A stretch of DNA of 64,000 nucleotides from NCBI GenBank assembly GCA_016783505.1, contig JADHWK010000008.1:627-64626 (forward strand). Reading direction: 5' to 3'. Positions 28,741 to 39,991 of this stretch are shown piece after piece. Each line of letters opens with the position of its first letter. Positions within the stretch are counted from its first letter, which is position 1. The notes under the pieces were generated by a model. That model had not been told where the DNA came from and made no database searches. It saw nothing but the letters and a program-made list of their open reading frames with translations. The translations under genes and the position numbers were made by a program. This DNA comes from Candidatus Zhuqueibacterota bacterium. GTDB taxonomy: Bacteria > BS750m-G25.

Positions 28741-28832
28741 TGATTATAGCAATAAATATAAACAATTTATTAAAAAAATCAAGTAAAATTTCAAAAAACA
28801 AAAGGCCCACTCAAGATGAATGAATAGGCCTT
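28741..28832 (-). terminator. Repeated terminator+promoter module, copy 2
   Basis: AAACAAAAGGCCCACTCAAGATGAATGAATAGGCC followed (minus strand) by AT-rich promoter-like sequence. Confidence 0.7.
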
Positions 28833-28952
28833 ACATATAAAAGCTTTCTGACCGATAAAGAAAGGGTTGATGAGTAGTTTTATCAACTTAATGCAAATCA
28901 TTCCCATTTACTAAAATCAACAAGGCATAGCATAAAAATAGTCCATTATCCC

Positions 28953-29996
28953 TTAACCTTTTGAGTTCTTGTGAAGTACTGTTCGAATCGGAAATGGAAT
29001 TTCGATGCCCTCTTCCTTGTATTGCCTATGTAACCTTTCAATAAACTCATGGACAACTATATGATGATCCCCATATTTTTTTACTCGTAGATATACTTTC
29101 AGATTAATACTGGAATCCCCAAACTCAAAGAAGCGAACTAGTGGCTCATATCCTTTAACCCCACCCTCCACTTCATCCATGACGCTTTTTGCCACTTCTC
29201 TGGTTATGCGCTCTACGTGCCGGAGGTCACTATCATAGGCGACACCAACAGGCACCCTAATGGAAAACTGGGTATCTTTTGAATCATAATTCTTTACGAT
29301 GGCAGTTGAAAGACGTGAATTTGGGATTAAGATCGCATTATTAGTACGTTCCATCAAGGTAGTATTTCTCCAGGTAATATTGGTGATATATCCCCTTTCG
29401 CCAGAATCCAGTTCTACAAAATCACCCGGTTTTACTTTCTGGCTCAAAAGGATATGCAATCCGGCAAAGAAATCCGACAGAGTATCTTTCAATGCCAGGG
29501 ATACTGCCAGACCGCCAACCCCGAGTGCTGTCAGTAGTGGTGTGATAGAAATCTTCAGCGATTGCAAAACAATAAGAACACCAATAACGATGATAATGAT
29601 TCGAGCTAAATTGGTAAAAATTGTGGTGGACGGGAAGCCGGCCCCCTGACTATCAGCCCACAACTGTAATAGACCTACCACGATCTTTGCAATAACTACG
29701 GTAATAGATAAAATAAGAATCGTTAGTGCCGCTTTAGCAAGATAACCGTTCCAAGGTGCTGCTATTGAAGCGCCACTACTAGCAATAAAAAATGCCGCTA
29801 AGAAAGACCATAAAAACACATAGGATCCGGTCGCATCAAGAATAACATTATCCAACTTCCAGGTAGTCTTATCGGCAAGTTTAATCAAACGGGAATGGAT
29901 ATAGCGCTTGAATACCCAGCCAATAACAAGACCCAGAACAATTACAAATACCGGTACACCCCAGACTTGGATGATTTGTAAAATCTTCTCATTCAT
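28953..29996 (-). CDS. Small-conductance mechanosensitive channel (MscS family)
   Basis: 'LGVGGLAVSLALKDTLSDFFAG', 'IPNSRL' and 'GIEIPFP' motifs. Confidence 0.93.
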   Translation of the reverse strand: MNEKILQIIQVWGVPVFVIVLGLVIGWVFKRYIHSRLIKLADKTTWKLDNVILDATGSYVFLWSFLAAFFIASSGASIAAPWNGYLAKAALTILILSITVVIAKIVVGLLQLWADSQGAGFPSTTIFTNLARIIIIVIGVLIVLQSLKISITPLLTALGVGGLAVSLALKDTLSDFFAGLHILLSQKVKPGDFVELDSGERGYITNITWRNTTLMERTNNAILIPNSRLSTAIVKNYDSKDTQFSIRVPVGVAYDSDLRHVERITREVAKSVMDEVEGGVKGYEPLVRFFEFGDSSINLKVYLRVKKYGDHHIVVHEFIERLHRQYKEEGIEIPFPIRTVLHKNSKG

Positions 29997-30124
29997 AATG
30001 GCCTCAGTAATTATTTGAATATGTTCTGATAAGATCCTTTATAACTTTAATATTTTGTCAATCCAGATTCATGCCCCTACACCTATCTTAGATATACACG
30101 GTTTAATTTACAAAGTTAATTGTT

Positions 30125-30184
30125 TAAAATCAAGAAAAAACTCAAAAACAAAAGGCCTACCCAGATGGATGAATAGGCCTTTTC
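30125..30184 (-). terminator. Repeated terminator module, copy 3
   Basis: AAACAAAAGGCCTACCCAGATGGATGAATAGGCCTTT. Confidence 0.7.
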
Positions 30185-30547
30185 AACAACAAAAAAAGTA
30201 GCTCTATGTAACAGTTCAATATTCAGCCATTTAACATACAGGTCCTTATTGTTCTGGTTAAACCAATTCCACTAATCAAGGTGGTATTCTACTAGATTTG
30301 GCTCACCACTTCCTCGGCAGCTGTCCAAGCACCAGTCATCATGAGATTACATTTTATAGTAGCCATCGCTCCATGCGTCCAGTAAGTGGCTCCGTACCCC
30401 CTTCTGACTCCGGTTACATAATTTTCTCTATCAACATCGCACAAATCGAAGGTAACTGTTTGATGGGCCCAGCATAAAGATCCAATTTTAAGGTCAAAAA
30501 AGTTAGTTTAGCCTAAAAATATCTTGCAATTCGTCATTCAAAAAATT

Positions 30548-32467
30548 TTAATAATAGTACCATATTGTTTTGTAATCATCAATATTTTCGCCGCGCCTTT
30601 TCAATTCCTTTAAATAATCATAAATCGGGACATCGTAATGATTGTAAGGTGGAATTGGGGCTAAATTTTTCTCCCAGGGATGAAATTCATATACCCGGCG
30701 TCCATCCGGCATAACCATCACCACCCGATGATCCTGCCAGGCGCGGAGGTGGTTTTTGCCAAGCCTTGGAACATTGAAAATCGGTTCATCAGTCCTTGAA
30801 ATTCCCGGAAATAGCCGCGCCTCTTCCTTCCGCTCTTGCAAGATCCGGGCAATGGGAACACGGTAGTTCTTGGTCTCCGTTTTCCCCTTAGCGTTGAAAT
30901 TGTAGTAGGGATCCACACCAATAAGCCGCAAGTACTCCCGAAGCGCCGCCGATTCAAACCGCCGACTGTTCTCTACAGTGAACACCGCCTGATTATAAAC
31001 TGCAATTCCCAGTTTTTTCACCTTCACCACTGCCTCCATAGCTTCCGGTGTCACCTCGTATGGGTGTTCAAAATGAGTCACAATGCAAACCTCCCGTTTG
31101 CCAGGAGCGTGATATTTCCCGAGAATTTCAATGAAGTCGTCCGTAAATCGAAAGGGCAAAACCACGGGGGTCCGCGTACCAATACGAATTCTTTTGATGT
31201 GGTCCATGGCACTGATTTTCCCCAGAAGTCGATCAAGCAGCACATCGCTCAAGATACCTGGATCACCACCTGTGATAAGCAAATCACTTATTCGTACATT
31301 CTCTTTGAACCACTCAATTGCTTCTTCAATTTGCTCCTCAGAAGCAAGAGCGCTTGGCGATAATACTTCCTCAATTTCCCAGTTTCGTTGACAATAAACG
31401 CAAATTTGAGCGCAAGTGTCATAGGGTTTAAAAATGGCTATTTTTGGATATCTACGGGTAATAAGATCAGCCGGTGATGTGTCGTGTTCTCCCATGAAAT
31501 CCATTGCTTCCGCTCTGTCATCACGATGTTTCTTCATTATTCGTACATAGTTCATGGGCGGGATTACCTGGGCACGAACCGCATGGTCAAATTTCCGTGA
31601 GGACTCATAATCCATCAGGGAAAGATAGTAAGGTGTTATGCCAAATGGAATCTTGTTTTGAATTGCAATTTTTACCGCTTCTTTCTCATCCGGAGTAAGC
31701 TCTATCAATTGTGAAAGGGTCTCCTCATCGCGAATTACATTACGAATGTGCCATTGATAGTTCTGCCATTGCTCTTCATCAGCCCTGAAATACCTTAAAA
31801 TACGGTTCTTGTTTTCTCGGCGCCTCTCTATAACCCCTTCTTCCAGCCCGGTCGGATATCTTCCAATGGCATCATCGACCATTTTGGCAAATTCATCAAG
31901 GATTTTGGAGCGCTCCATTGCTGCCTCTCTTCCCTCTTTCCGTAGGAAGCCAGGAACCCATTTTTTAATCTTACCATCGGTAGTATAAATTCCAGACTCT
32001 CCAATCACACCACGAAAAAGATGAACAAATTCCAGGATAAATCCTGTGGAAATTTCAAAATTGATTTTATCCTTTTCCCCCCTTGCCAATCTCCAGAGGA
32101 CATCAAGGGCGGAAAACTGCGTCCGTTTCTCGTTAATGGGTCCAATAATACTTCTGAAAATTCGCACGCACTCCCGAATGTTGGATTTCTCAAGTGGATG
32201 TAACTCACTTTCCGAAGCAAACACCTCCTTCTCGCAAATATTTAAATATTCATAGAGACTTTCTCGAGCATCATCAAGAAACTCGCTCTCCTGTAAAATT
32301 TTCAATATTTCGGGATTGGCATCCCATAATTTTTGTGTCTCCTGATCCAATGCGACATCAATTTCATCAGCCCTTAAAGGAATCTTATCCAGGAACACAT
32401 CATCGGTAATCTCATATACTTCGGTGCTTGAATATTTTGGTGTGACTTCTACCTTCTTGTGATTCAT
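30548..32467 (-). CDS. KamA-family (lysine 2,3-aminomutase-like) radical SAM protein, long form
   Basis: CAQICVYCQR, DLLITGGDP, RIGTRTPV and THFEHPYE motifs; about 220-aa N-terminal extension. Confidence 0.88.
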   Translation of the reverse strand: MNHKKVEVTPKYSSTEVYEITDDVFLDKIPLRADEIDVALDQETQKLWDANPEILKILQESEFLDDARESLYEYLNICEKEVFASESELHPLEKSNIRECVRIFRSIIGPINEKRTQFSALDVLWRLARGEKDKINFEISTGFILEFVHLFRGVIGESGIYTTDGKIKKWVPGFLRKEGREAAMERSKILDEFAKMVDDAIGRYPTGLEEGVIERRRENKNRILRYFRADEEQWQNYQWHIRNVIRDEETLSQLIELTPDEKEAVKIAIQNKIPFGITPYYLSLMDYESSRKFDHAVRAQVIPPMNYVRIMKKHRDDRAEAMDFMGEHDTSPADLITRRYPKIAIFKPYDTCAQICVYCQRNWEIEEVLSPSALASEEQIEEAIEWFKENVRISDLLITGGDPGILSDVLLDRLLGKISAMDHIKRIRIGTRTPVVLPFRFTDDFIEILGKYHAPGKREVCIVTHFEHPYEVTPEAMEAVVKVKKLGIAVYNQAVFTVENSRRFESAALREYLRLIGVDPYYNFNAKGKTETKNYRVPIARILQERKEEARLFPGISRTDEPIFNVPRLGKNHLRAWQDHRVVMVMPDGRRVYEFHPWEKNLAPIPPYNHYDVPIYDYLKELKRRGENIDDYKTIWYYY

Positions 32468-32654
32468 TTTTCCTCCTAATTTATATTTCAGATGACCACA
32501 ATATCGTACCTTTCAATATGTGGTATTTTGGTGTACACCCAAAACTTTTTATATAATCACCTTTCAATATAAACTTTTAATTGGAAAAAATCAATATTTT
32601 TATATCTATTTTACGAAACACTAAATAACCCCATATTGTGGGGGACAGTTAATA

Positions 32655-32690
32655 AGAAAAAGCCCTATCATTGGATAGGGCTTTCTTTTT
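32655..32690. terminator. Bidirectional terminator
   Basis: AAAGCCCTATC-attg-GATAGGGCTTT flanked by A/T tracts. Confidence 0.7.
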
Positions 32691-32756
32691 TCAATTTAGA
32701 GACTAACTTTTTTGTCGAATATCGGACCCTGTCAGATTTTAGCAGAGCTTTATCCC

Positions 32757-34949
32757 TCATTTCACCAAAACCATCTTGCTCGCCTTCTGAAACTCCCCCG
32801 CTTGAATTTGATAAAAATAGATACCAGATGAATGATCGGTTGCATTCCAGCTTATCTGGTGGTAACCGGCCTCTTGATGCTCATTAGCTAAGGTGGATAC
32901 TTCTCGTCCAAGTATGTCATATATCTTTAGGGTTACCTTTGAACCCTCAGGAAGCCCGTATTTGATGGTGGTTATCGGGTTGAAGGGGTTGGGGTAGTTT
33001 TGATCAAGAACGTATACGTTGGGCAAAATGCGTCCTTCATCTGCTATCCCAACGGGCTCAAATACGTGAATGGTGAAACTATCACACCAGAAGAAGTAGC
33101 CTTCACTGGCGATTGACATCTGAATAGGAATGTCATGATCTGGTGGGCAAGTATCCAAGATCTGCAGCATATAGAAACCGGATGTCATGTGTGCAGTCTC
33201 CCCTGCTACGATATCACCCCAAGATGGACCCATCGCTACCAGGTTAAAAACAGAAGTATCATTCGAACTGAGCTCAGCAGTGACATCCGTTGCGGTGGCC
33301 ATAGAACCATCGTTCTTAAGAACCGGTCTGAAGATCAGCTGCTCGCCAGGGTTCGGTATGGTATCACTTCCTATAAAGTCCAGGTCCTCATATACCACTG
33401 GACCGATGGTGGTGAAGCGGGCTAAATCATTAAGGGAAAAATAAACTCCAGAGTCCAAATCAACAGTACTGACCCCGACTATAAATTCTGTTTCAGAAGA
33501 CACTGGAGGAATAAAACAACCCCACAGGTCGTCATCCGCTTGGCCGTCACCGTGATTTCCATCATCAAACAGAGAAATTGAATCAACTATGGTACTATCA
33601 ATACTGGTAATTAGTGCATTGGCTGAAAAACTATGATTATCAGGGTTATTGAATTGAGTAGTAATTATAAGTGTGTCTATATCAGGTTGCATAAAATGAG
33701 AACTTAATTCAATGTTTTGGGCATAGATTCTTTGACTTAAAAAGCCGAATATGGCTAATTGATCCCCAATAGCTCTTTTACCTCCCTCGGACTCTCCATT
33801 TGTTAATAAAGTAATCCCAAATTGGTTTTCTGAGTCAAGTAGATAAAACATTTCCGTTCTACATCCGTAATCTGAACCGGCGTGTCCAATGTACGTTCTG
33901 GTGCCTAAAAATGGGAGGTTGTGATCGAAAACAAACCATACTAAGCCTCGAGTGGAAGATAGTGCTGGATATTGTACAGTCGTCATCAAATCAACCGTCG
34001 CACTATCTAAAATTCTAATACCATCGATTTCACCCATTTGCATATATGTGGTTAAAAACCGAGCCAGTTGTGTTGCGCTCGTTCTTAGCTGCCCATCAGG
34101 ATAGTCGGGATAACCGTAATGTTGGTAAGGGATGTAGTTATTATTAGTATAGCTGTATGGAATGGCAATATTACTTGTATCAAGACCATCTAAAAACCAG
34201 GAGGTTTCATTCATACCTAAAGGAGTAAATATATTCTCCTGGCAATAGTCTGCGAAAGGAGTATCAGCTATCGCTTCAACCAGATATCCCACAAGCGCAA
34301 GCGCATAATTACTATATTCCCATTGTGCACCTGGTGCCCAGTTATTAAATGGCCCCCATGAATAATAATTGCCGCCAGGCATGAAATAATTAACAAGAAG
34401 GCTATCTAAGGGTATCGGAGAATCACTGCCCCAGGAATATAGTGATACAATAAGATCCCAATCATTATCTATGCTCGACGTATGGGTGAGAAGTTGGCGG
34501 AAAGTGATGGAGTCATTTGGAAACGACGGATTGATTATTTGTAATTCTGGTGGCAGGTAGTTATTAATGTTGTCATCCAGTCCGAATAATCCCTCCTCCC
34601 AAAGTTGCATGAGTGCTGTAGCAGTAAACGGTTTAGAAAGTGAGGCGATTATAAATGTGGTAGTATCTGTCACCGGCTGGTTTTGTTCAATATTCGAATA
34701 TCCGTAAACACCGGACCAATAGATGTCTCCTTCCCTGATTATACAAGCGGAGACACCTGGGATATGATATTGGTCCATCGTAGCAATAATAAATGAATCC
34801 AAGGCGGCAGAATCAAGAACAGTTAAAGCTCTATCATGCTCTCGTGGTAAGTCTCTAAAAGGAATATTATTCTGAGAATATTCAAGCTGGGCGTTTGCGA
34901 ATTGTGATAGGAATGCCACTGTAGTAAAAATATTGATTAGCTTTTTCAT
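32757..34949 (-). CDS. Secreted serine hydrolase (beta-lactamase class C/PBP fold) + Ig-like domains + T9SS/FlgD-type CTD
   Basis: Signal peptide; SLSK (SxxK), YSN and HAG motifs; LFDDGNHGDG motif; QNYPNPFNP CTD. Confidence 0.88.
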   Translation of the reverse strand: MKKLINIFTTVAFLSQFANAQLEYSQNNIPFRDLPREHDRALTVLDSAALDSFIIATMDQYHIPGVSACIIREGDIYWSGVYGYSNIEQNQPVTDTTTFIIASLSKPFTATALMQLWEEGLFGLDDNINNYLPPELQIINPSFPNDSITFRQLLTHTSSIDNDWDLIVSLYSWGSDSPIPLDSLLVNYFMPGGNYYSWGPFNNWAPGAQWEYSNYALALVGYLVEAIADTPFADYCQENIFTPLGMNETSWFLDGLDTSNIAIPYSYTNNNYIPYQHYGYPDYPDGQLRTSATQLARFLTTYMQMGEIDGIRILDSATVDLMTTVQYPALSSTRGLVWFVFDHNLPFLGTRTYIGHAGSDYGCRTEMFYLLDSENQFGITLLTNGESEGGKRAIGDQLAIFGFLSQRIYAQNIELSSHFMQPDIDTLIITTQFNNPDNHSFSANALITSIDSTIVDSISLFDDGNHGDGQADDDLWGCFIPPVSSETEFIVGVSTVDLDSGVYFSLNDLARFTTIGPVVYEDLDFIGSDTIPNPGEQLIFRPVLKNDGSMATATDVTAELSSNDTSVFNLVAMGPSWGDIVAGETAHMTSGFYMLQILDTCPPDHDIPIQMSIASEGYFFWCDSFTIHVFEPVGIADEGRILPNVYVLDQNYPNPFNPITTIKYGLPEGSKVTLKIYDILGREVSTLANEHQEAGYHQISWNATDHSSGIYFYQIQAGEFQKASKMVLVK

Positions 34950-34977
34950 TTTGAGCTCCTTTTTTCAATTGAACAAA

Positions 34978-36783
34978 TTATTTGAGCAACAAAAGCTTTT
35001 TTGTATCTATAAACTCCCCCGCTTGAATTTGATAAAAATAGATTCCAGATGAATAACCGGATGCATCCCAGTATATCTGGTGATAACCGGCATCTTGATG
35101 CTCATTAACTAAGGTGGATACTTCTCGTCCCAAGATGTCAAATACCTTAAGGGTTACATTCGATTCTTGGGGAAGCCCGTATTTGATGGTGGTTATCGGG
35201 TTGAAGGGGTTGGGATAATTCTGATCCAGCCGGAAGGCTGTAGGTATCCCTACATCCACCCCGTCATCCAGGGCCAGAGGGGCATCGAACCAGGCTAAAA
35301 TCCTGGCCAGAGCGGAATCCCGTGGGGTGGACTGGCCGTAAGAGGTAATCCTCCCACCAACCGATTCAAAGGGGAAGGCGAAAAAGACCACCCGGTAGGT
35401 TTGGTCGGCGTACCGAATTCCCCCTACGGTAGACGCGTCGTGATAGATGTAAACAGCGACCGCATCCCCTTGGGGGATAACAGAGCTATTGGAAGAGGGG
35501 GGCCCGGCTCCGTTTCCTCCAAAGAGAACCAGCAACTCCCCGGTGCTGTTGGGGTCCCCGATAGGGTCGCCCGGGGTGGCGTCTAAATATCGGTTGGAAA
35601 CATAATTCAACTCATGTTGGGCGTGGAGGTATTCAGCGAAGAAGGAAGAATCCCCGATTTCGTCCCCGGCATTCTGACTGCTCAAGAATAGATTCCCCCC
35701 GCCGTCAAGATAGGCCGCCAACTGGGTCTGTTCATCAGGGGAAATGGTGCTGGAAGTCGCTTCACCCGTAAACCAGACCACCTTGGAATAATGCTGAAGC
35801 TCAGCAGACGGGGGATGCCCCTGGGTAACGTTTTCCCACCGGTCTATTACCAGCCCCAATGTATCTATGGTATTTAGATAATATTGCTCAATATCATCAC
35901 CCCCGTCGTCATCCACCAGAATAATCTCAGGACGCCCCACCATAAAGGAAAATGCCAATGTATCCCGATAATTGTCGGGTTGTGCCGTAACAATGAGGGA
36001 AAAATCCACCACGTGGGGCTGCAAGCCCCCGGCCACCGAAAAGATGAAAGGGTCAGCAGAGTTGTCGGCCACCGAAGCCGGGGGGATGAGGGGATAAGAG
36101 ACGGTATCTACTATAAAACTGATCTCAGGGTCCGGGGTGGAGAGGGTGGCTACCACCGAATCCGCCTGCTGGGTAAAGGACGCATTTCTCAGGGTCACCA
36201 CCATCTGGGCCGTCTCCCCCGGGTCGGGACGTCCGTCCCCATTGCCATCGTCGGTAATGGAATGACTGGTAAAAATAATAGCTAGGGGCAAATAGGTTTC
36301 AATAACCGCAATGATGGCGGCTTCGTAATAACCGGAATCCCCATAGCGGAGGATCTGGTCGCTGTCAATGACGGCATTAAAGGGGATGTACCCGTCCCCA
36401 TATTGCCCATAAACATCGCTCCCCTGATACAACAGAGGAAACGTAATCGGCACCGTCATATTATTAACCCAGGCCAATATTGTTTCCAGGGTTTCGCTAT
36501 TATCCACGTCTATCCCCAAAACCTGCATCCCCAGATCCTGATAAACCTGCCAGATGTTCTGTTCTAACTGTGGCAACTCCACAGTACAACCCCCTCACCA
36601 GGTGGCGAAAAAATTCAGTAGAACTAACTGATCGCTGTAATCGTAAAGGGAAACCGTGCCCCCATTCACGTCAGGCAGCGTAAAATCATCCACGTGGTCG
36701 CCGACCTGATATTGGGCGAAAACATTACCCACAGAGGCAATGACTAACGCCAAAACCAGGACTAAAAAATAATTCTTTCTCAT
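34978..36783 (-). CDS. Secreted UxxC redoxin selenoprotein with Ig-like domains and T9SS/FlgD-type CTD (601 aa, Sec at codon 63)
   Basis: Track ORFs 36595..36795 and 34978..36582 are in frame across TGA 36595-36597, giving LLNFFATW-U-GGC-TVELPQL. GGAGG RBS precedes ATG36783, and a hairpin follows the TGA. Confidence 0.88.
36567..36585 (-). promoter_or_regulatory. Putative bacterial SECIS hairpin
   Basis: mRNA ACUGUGG-AGUUG-CCACAGU; the stem starts 10 nt after the UGA. Confidence 0.7.
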
Positions 36784-36925
36784 TTCCACCTCCATCTAAT
36801 TGTTAAATCTTATTACTATTTAAATATTTTTATATGTTTGTGTAAATTAACATTTTGTATAATATTTACTTAGTTCACTTTAATCTATCCAAAAAAGTTT
36901 GACTTCTGAAATTAGGATTACACGA

Positions 36926-37010
36926 TTTAATATAGCAATAAATTTTAAAAAAGCAAGAGAAAATTTCAAAAGAACAAAAGGCCTACTCAAGATGAATGAA
37001 TAGGCCTTTA
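36926..37010 (-). terminator. Repeated terminator+promoter module, copy 4
   Basis: AGGCCTATTCATTCATCTTGAGTAGGCCTTTTGTT followed by TTGCTT...TATATT, upstream of the selenoprotein gene. Confidence 0.72.
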
Positions 37011-37357
37011 AAAAGAAAGTGGCTTAATTTCTGCAGATTAATGGATTAATTTAAAAGGGAGCAATTAGACTTACCATAATTGCTAATGATAGTTCTTATT
37101 ATCTAATCGGCGACTTTTCTCTTCATTTTTTTCTCAGGAGTATTGGAATTTGATTGAATAAGCATAACGCCTTTATTGAATAGACTCCAAGACCATGATT
37201 ATAAAGGAACGCCCAGCTCATTACCGAACCTGTTCTTCTAAAAAATGGGCGGGCTTCACAGAGTCCGCCACTACCAAAATTTTACACCTTGAATTTGAGA
37301 ATAGGTGTTCATGACTGAATCCAAGATTTATCACAAAAATTAGTCTTTGCATTTAAG

Positions 37358-39718
37358 TTATAGGTTCTTAAGGGCGCCCTCTCCTAAAATTTTATCAAGT
37401 GTACTGACCAATAAATCTGCGTTGGTATCCGAGAAAACCAATGGTGGCTTTATCTTCAATATATTGTCAAGAGGGCCTTCTGTACCAATAAGAATTCCTT
37501 CTTCTTTCATTCTTTCGATTATATAGGCTGCTTGCTCGGTTGCCGGAGCTAAAGTCTCCCGGTCAAGTACAAGTTCGACACCAATAAAAAGTCCCAGCCC
37601 TCTTACGTCCCCTATTAATGGATGTTTTGCCATTAATTGTTCAAGACCCCTTTTCATTCGATCGCCTACGCTCAAAGCGTTCTCTTGCAGCTTTTCCTCC
37701 TCAATGACATCAAGCACAGCTAAACCTACTGCACAAGAAACCGGATTGCCGCCATAGGTATTAAAATACTCCATGCCGCTGTCAAAAGATTCTGCAAGTT
37801 CCGGTGTGGTGACAACCGCCGCAAGTGGGTGTCCATTACCGATAGGTTTACCAAGTGTCACAATATCCGGGACCACTCCCTGAGTCTCAAAGCCCCAAAA
37901 ATGCGACCCGACCCGGCCAAATCCGACCTGAACTTCATCGACAATACAAACTCCGCCGGCATTCCTGACATGTTGAAATGCTTCTTTAAGATAATTTTCC
38001 GGTAATATAATCTGGCCGCCGCAACCCAACAATGATTCACAAATGAATGCCGCTACATTCTTTTGTACTTTTTGCATTCGCTCAATCGCAGTAAAAATAT
38101 GTTCCGCATACTTTTTACCGGCTTCGGAGTCGTTAGCTTTATAAATTCCTCTGTATATATCCGGCGTGATAACCTTATGAATAAAGGGTTCGGCGCCTGT
38201 TCCCCCGGGGCCATCAAACTTATAGGGACTCATCTCGATATCAGCTGTGGTTGTGCCGTGGTAGGCCCCATCAACGACAATAACATCTTTACGTTTCGAA
38301 TGAGTACGTGCAAGGCGAAGCGCAAGGTCGTTTGCTTCACTTCCCGTACAAACAAAAAAACAGACGCTTAGCGGTTCGGGCATCTTCGAGGTAAGACGCT
38401 GCGCGTATTTTACAAGGTTATCATGGAGGTATCTTGTGTTTGTGTTCAAAACCGCTATCTGTCTTTGTGCTGCTTTGACGACCTTTGGGTGACAATGTCC
38501 CACATGGGGAACATTATTGACGGCATCCAGGTAGGTATGGCCAGTGTCATCATACAAATATTGCATGGCCCCCCGAATGATCTTAAGCGGTTTTTGATAT
38601 AAAATGCTTAAGGATTTTCCAATATGCTGCTGCCTAAGATTGATGATTTGCCCATGACTCCTACCTTGCCGTTTAGGGGAAGAAGATATTTCACAAGCCT
38701 GACTGAATTCTTCATACGCGTGTTCTGGATTTAATTCTATCAATTTCCCCAGTAATTCCCACGCTGGCTTTTCGGAAACGGTTATATACTCATTATCCGG
38801 CTCGAGCTTTTTTTGATAGGCCGACATGGTTACGCTGATACAAAGCCGCGCACATATCAAGTAATAAAGCACTTCCAATTCCAAATCTGTTAATGGAAGG
38901 ACTTCATGATAACCCCTTATTATATGTTTTGCGACCGCTACTGGATCTTCCCTATCTAACATTGCATAAGTAATAGCTACGGCAAGTTCACACACGGTAT
39001 GCGTATAAACCATATCGCTAAAGTCAATTATCCCGATGAATCTTTTGCTGCCTGAATCAGATTCATCCAAAAGCACATTGTAGTCATTGGCATCATTATG
39101 AATGACACTGCTGCGGAGGCGGGGTAAAACGGGTGTAACAAACGTTTCGAATTGTAACTGAAAGTGTTCTACAAGACTCCTTCGCCGCGGATCTGTAATA
39201 TAGCAGATTTTTTGTTTGGCATGGAGGGCGTTTTTCAAATCCCACGACAAATACCTATACGCAGCTGAATGATAAAATCCTTCGAGTGTTTTATCCATCG
39301 TGCCTAAAAATTTACCGAAATTATGAAGTATTTCGGGTGTGTGTGGATCGATATCTTTTAGGAAAGTACCTTTGAGAAAAGTCAACATCCGCGCTAAGTG
39401 AGATGTACCGTTATCACTCTTTATAATAGCAATCTGTTCTCCTGATATTGTGTTACGTACACGGGGACACTCGACAGCCTTACTATACTTTGTCAGGTGT
39501 CCCATGGCCTGGTTTTGGGCATCAAGAACCTCTCTTTTCTCTGCTGGATTGGCTATCTTAAGGATAAACTCCCTACCCATGTCATCTGTGAGGTGAAAGT
39601 TTTGGTCCATATAGCTTTCTAATTGTCGGACAGATGCGTTGATACCGTACAACTCCCTGGCAAATCTCATAATCTCTTTATCAGAAAAGCGGGGGCGTGG
39701 TGATTCAACTCTGGACAT
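37358..39718 (-). CDS. APH-type kinase + class-III aminotransferase-fold fusion (hydroxylysine kinase / phosphohydroxylysine phospho-lyase-like)
   Basis: HNDANDYN and IIDFSD kinase motifs; [20 protein letters not shown] and [12 protein letters not shown] motifs. Confidence 0.85.
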   Translation of the reverse strand: MSRVESPRPRFSDKEIMRFARELYGINASVRQLESYMDQNFHLTDDMGREFILKIANPAEKREVLDAQNQAMGHLTKYSKAVECPRVRNTISGEQIAIIKSDNGTSHLARMLTFLKGTFLKDIDPHTPEILHNFGKFLGTMDKTLEGFYHSAAYRYLSWDLKNALHAKQKICYITDPRRRSLVEHFQLQFETFVTPVLPRLRSSVIHNDANDYNVLLDESDSGSKRFIGIIDFSDMVYTHTVCELAVAITYAMLDREDPVAVAKHIIRGYHEVLPLTDLELEVLYYLICARLCISVTMSAYQKKLEPDNEYITVSEKPAWELLGKLIELNPEHAYEEFSQACEISSSPKRQGRSHGQIINLRQQHIGKSLSILYQKPLKIIRGAMQYLYDDTGHTYLDAVNNVPHVGHCHPKVVKAAQRQIAVLNTNTRYLHDNLVKYAQRLTSKMPEPLSVCFFVCTGSEANDLALRLARTHSKRKDVIVVDGAYHGTTTADIEMSPYKFDGPGGTGAEPFIHKVITPDIYRGIYKANDSEAGKKYAEHIFTAIERMQKVQKNVAAFICESLLGCGGQIILPENYLKEAFQHVRNAGGVCIVDEVQVGFGRVGSHFWGFETQGVVPDIVTLGKPIGNGHPLAAVVTTPELAESFDSGMEYFNTYGGNPVSCAVGLAVLDVIEEEKLQENALSVGDRMKRGLEQLMAKHPLIGDVRGLGLFIGVELVLDRETLAPATEQAAYIIERMKEEGILIGTEGPLDNILKIKPPLVFSDTNADLLVSTLDKILGEGALKNL

Positions 39719-39844
39719 CTCTACCCTCCATAATTTGGATAATTTTCAACGGACTCATGAATATTCTCAAATTAAATACAGATCAATCGGTTTATTACAA
39801 ACCTGACCTATAATTATACGGATTCAATCCCTTTGTAATGTAAA

Positions 39845-39969
39845 TCTTTCATGGAAAAAAGTCAAGTCTTTAATATGGTGATTTCTGGATTTATCTAATC
39901 CCAGTTTAGGGGACAGCCAAATATTAATTGAAAAACAAAAGGCCTACTCAAGATGGATGAATAGGCCTT
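39845..39969 (-). terminator. Repeated terminator+promoter module, copy 5
   Basis: Hairpin at 39940-39968, then TTGACT-N17-TACATT on the minus strand. Confidence 0.7.
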
Positions 39970-39991
39970 GTTAATGAAAAGGGATAAAATC

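Noticed and set aside
30292-30507. 71-codon minus-strand open frame (…SLCWAHQTVTFDLCD…NLMMTGAW…)
   Set aside because: It has no start or RBS and cannot be assigned to a family; probably a gene remnant.
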